A DNA stretch of 64,000 nucleotides from positions 512,001 to 576,000 of the forward strand of contig CAVXWP010000001.1 of the NCBI GenBank assembly GCA_963765495.1, in the 5' to 3' direction. Source of the stretch: Blastocatellia bacterium. Its GTDB lineage: Bacteria > Acidobacteriota > Blastocatellia > UBA7656. The stretch's first letter is position 1, and each line of letters begins with the position of its first letter. The notes beneath the pieces are model-generated. The model was given only the letters and a program-made list of their open reading frames with translations. It did no database searches and had not been told where the DNA came from. Position numbers and translations under genes: made by a program. Below, piece after piece: positions 20,326 to 29,588 of the stretch.

Positions 20326-20583
20326 CGATATAATAAGAAAAACTATCCCCGTAATGGTTTCTTGCATCGTTTCTATTACTTTTTCCGTCCTTAAAAATTG
20401 GAGGAAGAGAAAATCTTGCACTGAGATTTTCTTGGGGAGCGTGGCCGCTTCAACAAAACAGTGCCAGTCACAGCAGTATATGTTCCAATTATTCTCAGTT
20501 TGAGGATAGTCCCCCTGATTTTTGGTGCATGGGTGATCTGGCTTCTGTAGAGCTTTATAATTTATATTAGTAAGGAAGCAATA

Positions 20584-21612
20584 ATGAAGATACGTAATGC
20601 ATTGAATTATCTGACCGGCAAGGGAGGCTCTGATCGGGGATCGGAGCCGGGTCCGGGTGCCGGGCATGTCTGTCCTGAAGAAATAGAGATCCTCAATTAC
20701 ATCGAAAATAGAGTAACAGAGGATACGAGTGCGAAGCTTGAACGCCATTTCGCGCAATGCGACAATTGCCGCGAGTTGCTGGTTTTGTATGTTCAGCTAA
20801 GGGACGAGCTAGCCGCCGGTAATGATGCGGCCGGGATGCCTCCTGTGACCGATAGCGAGGTCGAACAGCAGACTGCTCACGTTCTGGCTATGATCAAGGA
20901 AGACGAATGGAGGCGTCGTCAGACCGCAGCCGACAGGCCGCAACGCAGGTCGCTGAGCGGTATCTTTGTCACTTATACTCAACTCGGGGTTTTTGCCGTT
21001 ATATGCGCGATAGCGATTAGCGTTGTGTATCTTATTACAAAGTCGCCCGCGCCTGATACGGCGGCAATGCAGGCGCTCGCGTCGGCTATTGAGAAAGACA
21101 GACGCATAGAGCCTCGCATATCGGGCGATTTCTCGCATTCGAATTATTCACAGACCAGGGGCGAGGAACGCAAATATGAAGTCCAGTTTGATCGCGCCCT
21201 TAACAAGCTAAAAGATGCCGAGCAAGAATCGGCATCGCCGAAAGAGCGGATGGCGCTTGCTCGGGTATATCTGGCGCGCAACGATGGCAAGGACACGGAA
21301 GATGCCTTGAAAATATTGCGCGGTCTTGTCGATAAAGGCGAGCGCTCGCCCGAATTGTTCAACGACCTGGGCGTTGCGCTTTACGTGCAGGGGAAATATA
21401 AGGAAGCCGTGATCGAATTCAACAAAGCGCTTGAGATGTCGCCCGATTTTGATCAGGCAATATTTAACAAGGCGCTGGCCGAAACCGAAGCCGGATCGTC
21501 GGAAGAGGCCATGCAAGACTGGTCACATTTTCTGAGAGTAGCTAAAGACCCGCAGTGGAAGGCCGAAGCCCAAGGCCGCCTGAGCGCGCTTGAAAAATCC
21601 ATGAACCGATGA
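20584..21612 (+). CDS. zf-HC2 (ZAS anti-sigma-like) domain + TM + TPR protein
   Basis: HFAQCDNC (HxxxCxxC), one TM helix, C-terminal TPRs (NDLGVA, AIFNKALA). Confidence 0.75.
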   Translation: MKIRNALNYLTGKGGSDRGSEPGPGAGHVCPEEIEILNYIENRVTEDTSAKLERHFAQCDNCRELLVLYVQLRDELAAGNDAAGMPPVTDSEVEQQTAHVLAMIKEDEWRRRQTAADRPQRRSLSGIFVTYTQLGVFAVICAIAISVVYLITKSPAPDTAAMQALASAIEKDRRIEPRISGDFSHSNYSQTRGEERKYEVQFDRALNKLKDAEQESASPKERMALARVYLARNDGKDTEDALKILRGLVDKGERSPELFNDLGVALYVQGKYKEAVIEFNKALEMSPDFDQAIFNKALAETEAGSSEEAMQDWSHFLRVAKDPQWKAEAQGRLSALEKSMNR

Positions 21613-21732
21613 TGCCCCTTAAAACTTATCTTGCGAAAAGCCCCCTTCGCCTCACCTTAATGCGCCGATAGGTTCTCCTTATCAAATCACCCGAACCGAG
21701 CTAACAGGGCAAGCCATTCTGCGCGGGGGGCT

Positions 21733-23484
21733 TTACTTGAGCCACGCGTCGTCTATAACCGTGTCTACGGTGACGGGTATGCTGCTGATGAATTCGCGCG
21801 CTGCCGCAGTCATTTCGCGTTCCAGGATGGTTACGCATTCTTCGGCTTCGGCTTCGGCTACCTCGACCACTATTTCATCGTGTATGCAGTTGACTATCTG
21901 GGCGTCGAGCGGTTTGATTGCCTCGTAAAGAAGCGCGAGCGCGCGTTTGACAATATCGGCGCTGCTGCCCTGAATGGGCGCGTTCTTGCCGAGTCGCTGT
22001 GTAGCCGCCACCTGTGAGCGTTCGTTCTGATCGAATTCGAAATATATCAAACGGCCTGAACGCGTGCGGCTCTTGCGATCGCGAACGGCTCGCCCGGCTG
22101 CCTCGCGCAGCCACGCGGCAACCCCGCTATAGGCCGCGAAGTACTTTCGTATCAATTGCTCGGCCTGCTCCGCCGAACAGTCAATACGCGCCGCCAGCCC
22201 TTGCGCGCCCAGCCCGTACATTATTCCGTAATTAAGTTGTTTGGCCGCCGCGCGCTGGTCTTTCGATACACTCTCAAGCGGAATCGCAAACATCTGGCTG
22301 GCAGTAACGCAATGCAAATCTTCGCCCGACATAAGTGCTTTCACAAGAGCCGTATCCTGAGACCAGTCGGCCAGTATTCGCAACTCTATTTGAGAGTAAT
22401 CGGCAATCGCAAGCTTGCGGCCCGAAGGGGCGTGAAAGCACCCGCGGTATTCGGGAGTGTTTGGCACCTGTTGAAGGTTGGGATTCGAGCAACTCATCCT
22501 GCCGCCGGTCGCTCCAATCTGGCGGAAGTCCGCGTGGATGCGCCCCGTTTCCGGGTGAATGTGTTCGAGCATCGGAAGCCCGTAGCTGCTCAAGGATTTC
22601 TGCACGCTTCGGTATTCGAGCAGTTTTGCAATCGCCGGATGCTCTTTGGCGAGCGGCTGAAGCTGCCAGTTTCGCGTGCCTTCGACCTTGATGCCTATGC
22701 GCGAGAGCGCTTCTACTATTTGCGCGGGGCTGTCGAGGTTGATGTCCGGGTCGCCGAACAGAGTGAGTTGCGGCACCCCGGCCGCAAGCTCGCTCTTAAG
22801 ATCGGATGAAAGGATTTCGTGCGCTCGCTCGACATCGCCCACGAGCCGCCGCCAGCAATCTTTATCAATCGCCATCCCGGCAAGCTCCATAGCCGATAGC
22901 GGCAACACGCAGTCGAATTCAAGTTTAGCCGCCTCCATCAGGTCGTGCTCTTCAAGCTCTTCGATGAGCGACTCTCGCAGAGGCAACATCAAGGCAGCGT
23001 CCTTGGCCGCATACTCGTATTGTATTTCGGCAAGCTCACCTGACCAGTCGCTCGCCTGCATAGCCTTATCCACAGGCTGATTTAAAAAGCGCTCGGACAC
23101 CGCAGCAAGGGCGTGTCCGCCTTCGCTGCGGCCTCCGCCGATCAACTGGCTTGCAAGCATCGTGTCGAATATCCCTCGCACTTCAATATCGAAGTGATGC
23201 ATCAGCATCTTCAAATCGAATTTCGCATTGTGCAGAATCTTTGTTATGCGGGCCGCTGTCATCAGCTCGCGTAGTCCCGCGTGATCGAATGCTGAAAGCC
23301 GAAACAGGTCTATGACAAAGTTTCGCTCAGGCGTAGATATTTGCGCCAGCCGCACACGACTCGTGAGCGGGTCAAGCCCGGTTGTTTCCGTATCCAACCC
23401 TATGGCTGAATAATTTGCTATGTGTATAACGGCTTCTTCCAGAGCCGTCTCAGTGGTGACCAACGTGAAAGGTGTTTTACTCAC
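21733..23484 (-). CDS. polA: Family A DNA polymerase with 3'-5' exonuclease, lacking the 5' nuclease domain
   Basis: ExoI GLDTETTG, ExoII HNAKFD, ExoIII YAAKD; motif A ADYSQIELR, motif B R..AK.LNYGIMYG, motif C IHDE. Confidence 0.9.
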   Translation of the reverse strand: MSKTPFTLVTTETALEEAVIHIANYSAIGLDTETTGLDPLTSRVRLAQISTPERNFVIDLFRLSAFDHAGLRELMTAARITKILHNAKFDLKMLMHHFDIEVRGIFDTMLASQLIGGGRSEGGHALAAVSERFLNQPVDKAMQASDWSGELAEIQYEYAAKDAALMLPLRESLIEELEEHDLMEAAKLEFDCVLPLSAMELAGMAIDKDCWRRLVGDVERAHEILSSDLKSELAAGVPQLTLFGDPDINLDSPAQIVEALSRIGIKVEGTRNWQLQPLAKEHPAIAKLLEYRSVQKSLSSYGLPMLEHIHPETGRIHADFRQIGATGGRMSCSNPNLQQVPNTPEYRGCFHAPSGRKLAIADYSQIELRILADWSQDTALVKALMSGEDLHCVTASQMFAIPLESVSKDQRAAAKQLNYGIMYGLGAQGLAARIDCSAEQAEQLIRKYFAAYSGVAAWLREAAGRAVRDRKSRTRSGRLIYFEFDQNERSQVAATQRLGKNAPIQGSSADIVKRALALLYEAIKPLDAQIVNCIHDEIVVEVAEAEAEECVTILEREMTAAAREFISSIPVTVDTVIDDAWLK

Positions 23485-23627
23485 TCGTAGCGCTTTCTTT
23501 TCCTGTCAATTTCAAGCAAACCAGCGTGATCAAAAATTCTCGCACCAAGACAGGGGACAATCAAGGTAATGATCGGCCGAAAGCGACTGTATGATCAGGA
23601 CAACGGCAACAGACCACGGGTGGAACG

Positions 23628-23717
23628 GATGCGTGATCCGTGATTCGTGACCTTTAGGGAACCCGTTTGTAAATGACAAGTTAAAGCCTGCCAAATCACG
23701 GATCACGCATCACGAAT
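23628..23717. repeat. Heptamer tandem-inverted-repeat element, copy B
   Basis: gatgcgtgatccgtgattcgtga ... atcacggatcacgcatcacgaat; supplies the last codons and stop of the MscS gene. Confidence 0.85.
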
Positions 23718-25034
23718 CAATTCAGCAGGTTTAACGCGTTTCTGAAAGCCTTTTCTCGCCCTCTCGATTGTATCGCTTCGCAACTCGCGCTCATACTGCA
23801 CGTCAAACACATAGGCCGTCACAACGAGCTTTGTGACAGGCTCGTTTCTGTATTCCTCGTCCACCTGCACTTCAATTGGCTTGTTGATGTAAACATAAGG
23901 CGAGATGGCTACCGCCTCGTAGGCTATTCTCTTGCCTTCTTCGATATCGATATCAGCAGGCAAGAGCAATTCCGTAGTGACCTGGCTTTCAATCGCGCCC
24001 GAATTTGAATTGGAGACAGGCGAGCGCGCCACATCGGAGTTGGGAATCGCAACTACGGACCCGTCCGGCGACAACAGGTGAAAAGCCCTCAGACCTATTC
24101 GCAGCACTTCGCCCTGATGGTTGCCGATCTTTATCCGGTCGCCGATTTGAAAGGGTCTTTCAAGCAGAATTACCATCCCGCTTATGATGTCTCTGAGCAG
24201 TTGTTGTGAGCTAAAGATCAAAGCCACCGCTGCCAGAACAAGCAGGACAACGATGGCCGCCGCCGAATTGGCAAAGATGCCGACGACCGCCGTTATTGCC
24301 AGAAACCACCATCCAAAACTTACAAACGGGATGGCTCTGCGCAGCCATAACGTCTGATCTTTTCTGCGCCCGGCTATTCGATTCAAGACAAGCACGAGCG
24401 CCTTGTGCACAAGGTAAAAGAATCCAAGAGTGAGCAGAGCTAAGATAATTGCCCTGAACGAGAATGACCCTGTAAGCTTTTCAATCTCTTCGACGATCTT
24501 TTTTTGAATCCCTTCGACTTCTCCGTCTTTCGGCTCGGGCCGGGCAACCGTCGGTTGCGTTTGCGGCTCGGGCTCAAGTGCAGGCGGCTCGGCCGGTTGT
24601 GTTTGAGTTTGAGGCTGCGCGGCAGGTGGCTCTGGTTGTTGAGTCTCGGCAGGACTTTCATTAGCAGGACGTTCATCAGCAGGATTTTCACTCCGAGGCT
24701 GACTGCTCTCTTCTTGCGGCCTTTCGGGCGCGGGGCTTATTGTCTGCTGCGGCACAGGCGGGGGAGGCTCTGCCGGAGCCTGCTTTTGAACTGTGGGCGC
24801 GGGTTTTTGGGGCGCGGGTTTTTGGGGCGCGGGTTTTTGGGGCGCGCTTTGTTCGGGCTGTTTCGGTGTTTGTTTTTCGACCTGCTCGGGTAGGGGAGGT
24901 TCAGGTCCTGGTTTTTCCTGTTTTTGCTGATGGCCAATGCGGGCCGCCATGCTTTTCCCAAAGCAGGTCGACCCTGCCAGGCAAATCATACCCAGAAGTA
25001 AAAGGGATAAAATGTGTCTGAAAACTCTGGTCAT
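23703..25034 (-). CDS. MscS-family mechanosensitive channel with signal peptide and Pro/Gln/Glu-rich N-terminal extension
   Basis: RDIISG...ERPFQIGDRIKIG...G.V.RIGLR...IPNS motif; TGATG overlap with the upstream gene. Confidence 0.88.
   Translation of the reverse strand: MTRVFRHILSLLLLGMICLAGSTCFGKSMAARIGHQQKQEKPGPEPPLPEQVEKQTPKQPEQSAPQKPAPQKPAPQKPAPTVQKQAPAEPPPPVPQQTISPAPERPQEESSQPRSENPADERPANESPAETQQPEPPAAQPQTQTQPAEPPALEPEPQTQPTVARPEPKDGEVEGIQKKIVEEIEKLTGSFSFRAIILALLTLGFFYLVHKALVLVLNRIAGRRKDQTLWLRRAIPFVSFGWWFLAITAVVGIFANSAAAIVVLLVLAAVALIFSSQQLLRDIISGMVILLERPFQIGDRIKIGNHQGEVLRIGLRAFHLLSPDGSVVAIPNSDVARSPVSNSNSGAIESQVTTELLLPADIDIEEGKRIAYEAVAISPYVYINKPIEVQVDEEYRNEPVTKLVVTAYVFDVQYERELRSDTIERARKGFQKRVKPAELIRDA
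24795..24846. repeat. 15-bp coding tandem repeat (3.5 copies, PQKPA)
   Basis: (gggcgcgggtttttg)x3 + gggcgcg inside the MscS N-terminus. Confidence 0.9.
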
Positions 25035-28000
25035 CAATGTAACATGTTCCGGGTTCGCAGTTCTTTTGCTAGAGGAATATAAATAACACGGTTTACGGCA
25101 AACTGCTCCTGGCCGTCATCGCGGATTTCTTTGACCAGCAAATTTATGTTAGTCAGGTATGTCAGGGTCGAAAGGCTCGATGTTCGGTCGGTCCCAAAGA
25201 CATCGGCATGCTCGCCCGCCGTCAGGCTCCCGTGCTGGATTATCATGCTCAGGGTCAGTAGTTTTTTAACGTGCATGTCTGAGAGGAAATCGAATCTCAA
25301 TCGTTCGAGCGGTTTGATTATAAGCTCGTTCCCCTGGACGTCTGCGATGGACTTCAGCCAGTAAAAAATGGCCGCCAGAGAGTTTCCCTCGGTCGCCCTG
25401 CTCAGGTCTTCAAAGTATTCTCTTCTTATCATCTCCTGCTGTTTGTCGGCTGAAGCCTTGCGATACTTTTTCTTTTGCTCGATAACCTCGTCGGGCAGAA
25501 ATCTCAAATCGAATCCGCTGACCTTGTGCCGCGAAAGAATGACCTCTTCGAGTTGCGCGGGCGTCAGGTTTTCCGTGTTGACCACGAAAGTGAAATGATC
25601 CGAGATGTGAAGTACTTCATCCAGATAGAGCCAGCCGAATTTCCTCATCGAGATCACCCACAGCACCTGATGGCTCGTGGCGGCGACGAGCAGCAACAGT
25701 TTTCTCATCCCTTCGAATCCGCCAAGCGCGCGGAGGTAAAGTTGATGCGCGTCTTCGAGCACGACGACGGTTCGCTGCGCCATCTCGCCGAGCCGCTCGT
25801 GTATTTCATCAAAACTCTCAGCGCCTGTTATGCCCAGAATCGCCGCAAGCTCCGCAACCATTTCCCGCTCGCTCACGACCGTGGATTTGAACTCTTTTCT
25901 GTAAACCGGATAATCGCCCAGCACATGTTTGATCAGCGAATTTATAAAACTGGTCTTTCCGCTTCCAAGCTCGCCGATTACCGCCACGGCGCAATGCATG
26001 CCCTGTTGCCACCTCTTGCGGGCAGTCTCGACCATCTGCAATTCCTGCTCGCGAGCCACGAGAAAATCGCCCGCCTCGAGCGGGGCTATGTCAAACAAAC
26101 GCTGATAGATGAACGGCAGGTTTTTGATTACGCCTTTATCCAGCCTCGCCTGATCGTAGATGGCAAGAATTTCCGAGGGCGTGAATTGTTGAAGCCCCAG
26201 ACTGCTTTTAAGGTCTTTGACTACCTCCTGGCTGATCGGTCTGTATCTGGCGACAATCGCCCCGGAGTTTCTTCCCATCCATTCAAATAATTGCGTTACG
26301 AGGCGCGAAGCTCGGGCCAGAAATTGCCTCTGCTTCAGCCGCACCTGAATGTCGAATGAGGTGCGTTTCAAGACCAGAGTCTCGAAATCTCTCATCCGCT
26401 CGTCCACCTGCGCGATTATCTTTTCATATACCTGATTCTTTAACTGGATTATTCTTTCCAGAGTCGATTCCATCCTGTTTATCGCCCGCTCGATGCCGCC
26501 AAGCGACAACTCTTTCAAACGCGCGGTATCTTCCTCGCCATACTCACCCGGCGTAAGATTGTCGAGTACTTCCAGACAGGTCTTGAGGTTGAAGTTGACT
26601 ATCCTGTAACCGTCGGTCACCGCGCGGATCGTTTCATCCACCTGCTCGAACATGATGCGGTTGACATTGGCCAGATCGCGCGCGATTTCCGTCTCAAGGT
26701 AAGAGCGTGTGATCTCTTGCATAGGCACGATCTTCAAATCCACTCGGGGCGGAGCGAGGCCGTCGGTTCTGTTTAATGCAAGTTCTTTTTCATCGAGCAC
26801 AAGACAATTGACCGGCGCTTGGTCGGCAAGCGTTGAAAATCTCTTGAGCATCACTTCGATCAGCGCATTCAATTCCCGGCTTTCGCGCACGCGAGTCAGA
26901 TTCTCAAGCGTGCCGTTTTGCACGAAGGCAGTGAGGGCTTCGTGTTGACTTGCGATCTCGGTTTTCAAAGTGGCGATGGAGTGATTCGAGTCGAAGACCC
27001 GGACGAGTTGCTGGCGGCTCCCTTCGCATTGAGCTTTCGTAGCGCGAATCCCGGTCACAAGCTTTTCGTCAATGCTTTCAAGCACGTCATAGACTATCTC
27101 ATCAACCGTCCGACTGACGTTATCCATCAGGATCACGACTTCGATGTGTTTTGCATAAGCGCCTGCCGAGCCTGTTTGATAGTTCTGCCAGATGTCGAAT
27201 GATTGGGCTATGAGCTTGCGCGCCTTCTCTCTTGCTTCGTACACCTTCGAGAAGCGAAACCTGCGCGAAGGTAATTCGAAGGTTCCGGCTGTTTCCAGGT
27301 CTTTCAAAAAGGCTGAATAAGCGACCGAGAACGCCAGTCTCATCTGTCGCCTGATGTCGGCGCTATAATTATCGAGGTCATCCGATACTGCGCGGAAATC
27401 CGCGTCCAGATTGCGGCAGACCTCTTCAAGGCTCCGAGCCGCCTCAGATTCGCTTACCGCTCCCGTTTCGAGCGCGTTTATTTGCGATTCGTATTTTTCG
27501 TCAATCTTTTTGTAAAGCGCCTGACTCCGTTCGAGGGCAAACAACGGCTCCGCGCCCAGGAGGTTTGCCGTTTTCGGCAATTCGGGCAGCAGAAGTCCCG
27601 CGAAATAATATCTGGCCAGTCGCCTGAATTGAATGGTTCGCCTCAAATCAGACCGCGCACCGAACACCCTGCGGATCATCTTGTATCCTCGTTTTAGCCG
27701 CTTGCGCGATCTGACATAAAACGAATCGCCCTCGGCGCTCAGAAGCCTTTCCGGCTCCTGAACGACTGAAATAGTTCCTTCGCTCGCTTCCGAAAGAGCG
27801 TCGAGCGCGGCAAGCAGTTCAGCGAATCCTGTCTTCGGGTTTTCGGCGCTGACTTCGGTCGTTTGCCGATAAATCTCTTTCGACAGCACTCGGGAAAAGA
27901 TGATCCGGCTCTCTCGAAAAACATCTATCATCCTTCTCGGTTCGTTGACGGACAGGGCTTCTTTCCTGAGCGCTGAGACGGCCTTTAAGCATTCCTCTCG

Positions 28001-29569
28001 CGTAGCGGATATAAAGCTCTGCCAGTTTGCGGTCTGCGGATCGAGGGTCGTTTGCTCGAAATTGCGTTGCAAACCCAGCAGCCCTTCGCGCAGCCCGAGT
28101 GCCGCCCTGTTCAATTCATCCGATGCAAAGCGAGGCAGGTGGAAACGCGCTTCATCAGACGGCGAAACACTTATAATCGGCTCATCGCCTGTGATATCGC
28201 TTGTGAAATTGACTGTGATATCGCTTACGGCAGGGATTATGACAGCCTCATCGCCCGTGGCGGCGGATTCGTCGATCCTGTCGCGCTGTTCTCTGGTTTC
28301 GCCTGCGCGCGCAAGAGCCAGTTTGAAGGCGACGGGGCCGAGCATGAGGTTAAAGCCTATGGTTCCGAGTACGATGGTCTTTATCTCTGACCCGATGCCC
28401 GGCAGATTGCGTTCGACTATGATGGCGAGTCCAAGCACAACGCCCGCCTGCGAGATAAAACTCAGCCACGCGTTCTGCTCTATTTTTGGCGGCTCGCCCG
28501 CAATCTTTACGGCCAGTCGCGTGCCCGCGAAAATCGCGATTACGCGCACGACGACAAGCGCCAGAGCGATGAGCGCCACCTGCCTGAGCGCGTTCAGGTC
28601 CAACCCCGCACCGGCTATCGAAAAGAAGACTACATAGACCGGCAGAGAGACCTCCTCTACCGGGTGGATAAACTCATCACCAAAACGCGAGAGGTTCTGG
28701 ACCACGAATCCGGCGGCGATGAACATCAAAAGCGCTTCGAGATGAAATCGCGTGGCGGCAGTCGTAGCCACAAAGATCAGGGCTACGATAAAGAGCCACA
28801 TCTCTGCGTGTACGAATCGGATGTAGGCGATGATGATGCCGCCAAGCAAGACGCCCGCAAGGATTGAAAGCAGCAATTCTTCGCCTACGTTTAAGAGTAT
28901 ATGCGGGTCAAATGTCGCGCCTTCGGTCGAAAACAGACTCGCAAGCGACATGGCAATCGCAAGCAGTATGACCATCACCACATCTTTAGCCACCGCCGCG
29001 CCCAGCGTGATGTCGCTCAACCTGCCCTTTGATTCGGTCTCGTTTATGACGGCGATGGTCGCCGCCGGGGAAGTGCCTACGGCAAGCACGCCGAAAATCA
29101 TCCCCACAGAGAGAGTAAGCGGAACGCTTGCGCCTCCGAGAAAAGGTATAAATGAACGTATGGCAAAGACGGTCCCCGAAACGGCGATCAGGATCAGCAA
29201 TCCTTTTATCAGCACGATGAGCGAGAGGCTTTTCGCCACCGCTTTTAGCCCGCTCATCTTCATCTCTGCCCCCGCCGTGAGCGCGATAAGCCCTATTGCA
29301 AGGCTGTTGATGAGCGTCAGGTCTTCGACTACTTTTACCGAAAAAAGGTCTATGACGTAAGGGCCGAACATCACGCCCGTGATGATATAGCCTGTGATCT
29401 TTGGCAGACTGATAGAGTTTGTGATCTCTCCGAAGGTATAGGCGGCGAGCAGAACAAATCCAAGCGTAGCGAGCGATTTCGGATGCAGAGGCGTATCGAC
29501 CTCGACCTGCAGGAATTGCAGGGCGTACATCAACAGAAAGAGCAATCCTATTATGAGGACTCGTCGCAT
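25034..29569 (-). CDS. Cation/proton antiporter fused to a long helical region, a P-loop NTPase and a winged-helix-like C-terminus (1511 aa)
   Basis: N-terminal ~425 aa CPA (LPKITGYI..G...GP, TSPAAT, KD, FFSIAGA.L, SQAGV.LGLA); Walker A GELGSGKT; Walker B VVVLEDAH. Confidence 0.85.
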   Translation of the reverse strand: MRRVLIIGLLFLLMYALQFLQVEVDTPLHPKSLATLGFVLLAAYTFGEITNSISLPKITGYIITGVMFGPYVIDLFSVKVVEDLTLINSLAIGLIALTAGAEMKMSGLKAVAKSLSLIVLIKGLLILIAVSGTVFAIRSFIPFLGGASVPLTLSVGMIFGVLAVGTSPAATIAVINETESKGRLSDITLGAAVAKDVVMVILLAIAMSLASLFSTEGATFDPHILLNVGEELLLSILAGVLLGGIIIAYIRFVHAEMWLFIVALIFVATTAATRFHLEALLMFIAAGFVVQNLSRFGDEFIHPVEEVSLPVYVVFFSIAGAGLDLNALRQVALIALALVVVRVIAIFAGTRLAVKIAGEPPKIEQNAWLSFISQAGVVLGLAIIVERNLPGIGSEIKTIVLGTIGFNLMLGPVAFKLALARAGETREQRDRIDESAATGDEAVIIPAVSDITVNFTSDITGDEPIISVSPSDEARFHLPRFASDELNRAALGLREGLLGLQRNFEQTTLDPQTANWQSFISATREECLKAVSALRKEALSVNEPRRMIDVFRESRIIFSRVLSKEIYRQTTEVSAENPKTGFAELLAALDALSEASEGTISVVQEPERLLSAEGDSFYVRSRKRLKRGYKMIRRVFGARSDLRRTIQFRRLARYYFAGLLLPELPKTANLLGAEPLFALERSQALYKKIDEKYESQINALETGAVSESEAARSLEEVCRNLDADFRAVSDDLDNYSADIRRQMRLAFSVAYSAFLKDLETAGTFELPSRRFRFSKVYEAREKARKLIAQSFDIWQNYQTGSAGAYAKHIEVVILMDNVSRTVDEIVYDVLESIDEKLVTGIRATKAQCEGSRQQLVRVFDSNHSIATLKTEIASQHEALTAFVQNGTLENLTRVRESRELNALIEVMLKRFSTLADQAPVNCLVLDEKELALNRTDGLAPPRVDLKIVPMQEITRSYLETEIARDLANVNRIMFEQVDETIRAVTDGYRIVNFNLKTCLEVLDNLTPGEYGEEDTARLKELSLGGIERAINRMESTLERIIQLKNQVYEKIIAQVDERMRDFETLVLKRTSFDIQVRLKQRQFLARASRLVTQLFEWMGRNSGAIVARYRPISQEVVKDLKSSLGLQQFTPSEILAIYDQARLDKGVIKNLPFIYQRLFDIAPLEAGDFLVAREQELQMVETARKRWQQGMHCAVAVIGELGSGKTSFINSLIKHVLGDYPVYRKEFKSTVVSEREMVAELAAILGITGAESFDEIHERLGEMAQRTVVVLEDAHQLYLRALGGFEGMRKLLLLVAATSHQVLWVISMRKFGWLYLDEVLHISDHFTFVVNTENLTPAQLEEVILSRHKVSGFDLRFLPDEVIEQKKKYRKASADKQQEMIRREYFEDLSRATEGNSLAAIFYWLKSIADVQGNELIIKPLERLRFDFLSDMHVKKLLTLSMIIQHGSLTAGEHADVFGTDRTSSLSTLTYLTNINLLVKEIRDDGQEQFAVNRVIYIPLAKELRTRNMLH

Positions 29570-29588
29570 ACTTTTTTCTTAGAGGCGA

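Noticed and set aside
21733-23484. Prophage origin for the short PolA
   Set aside because: No phage, integrase or primase/helicase genes nearby, and composition matches the host genes
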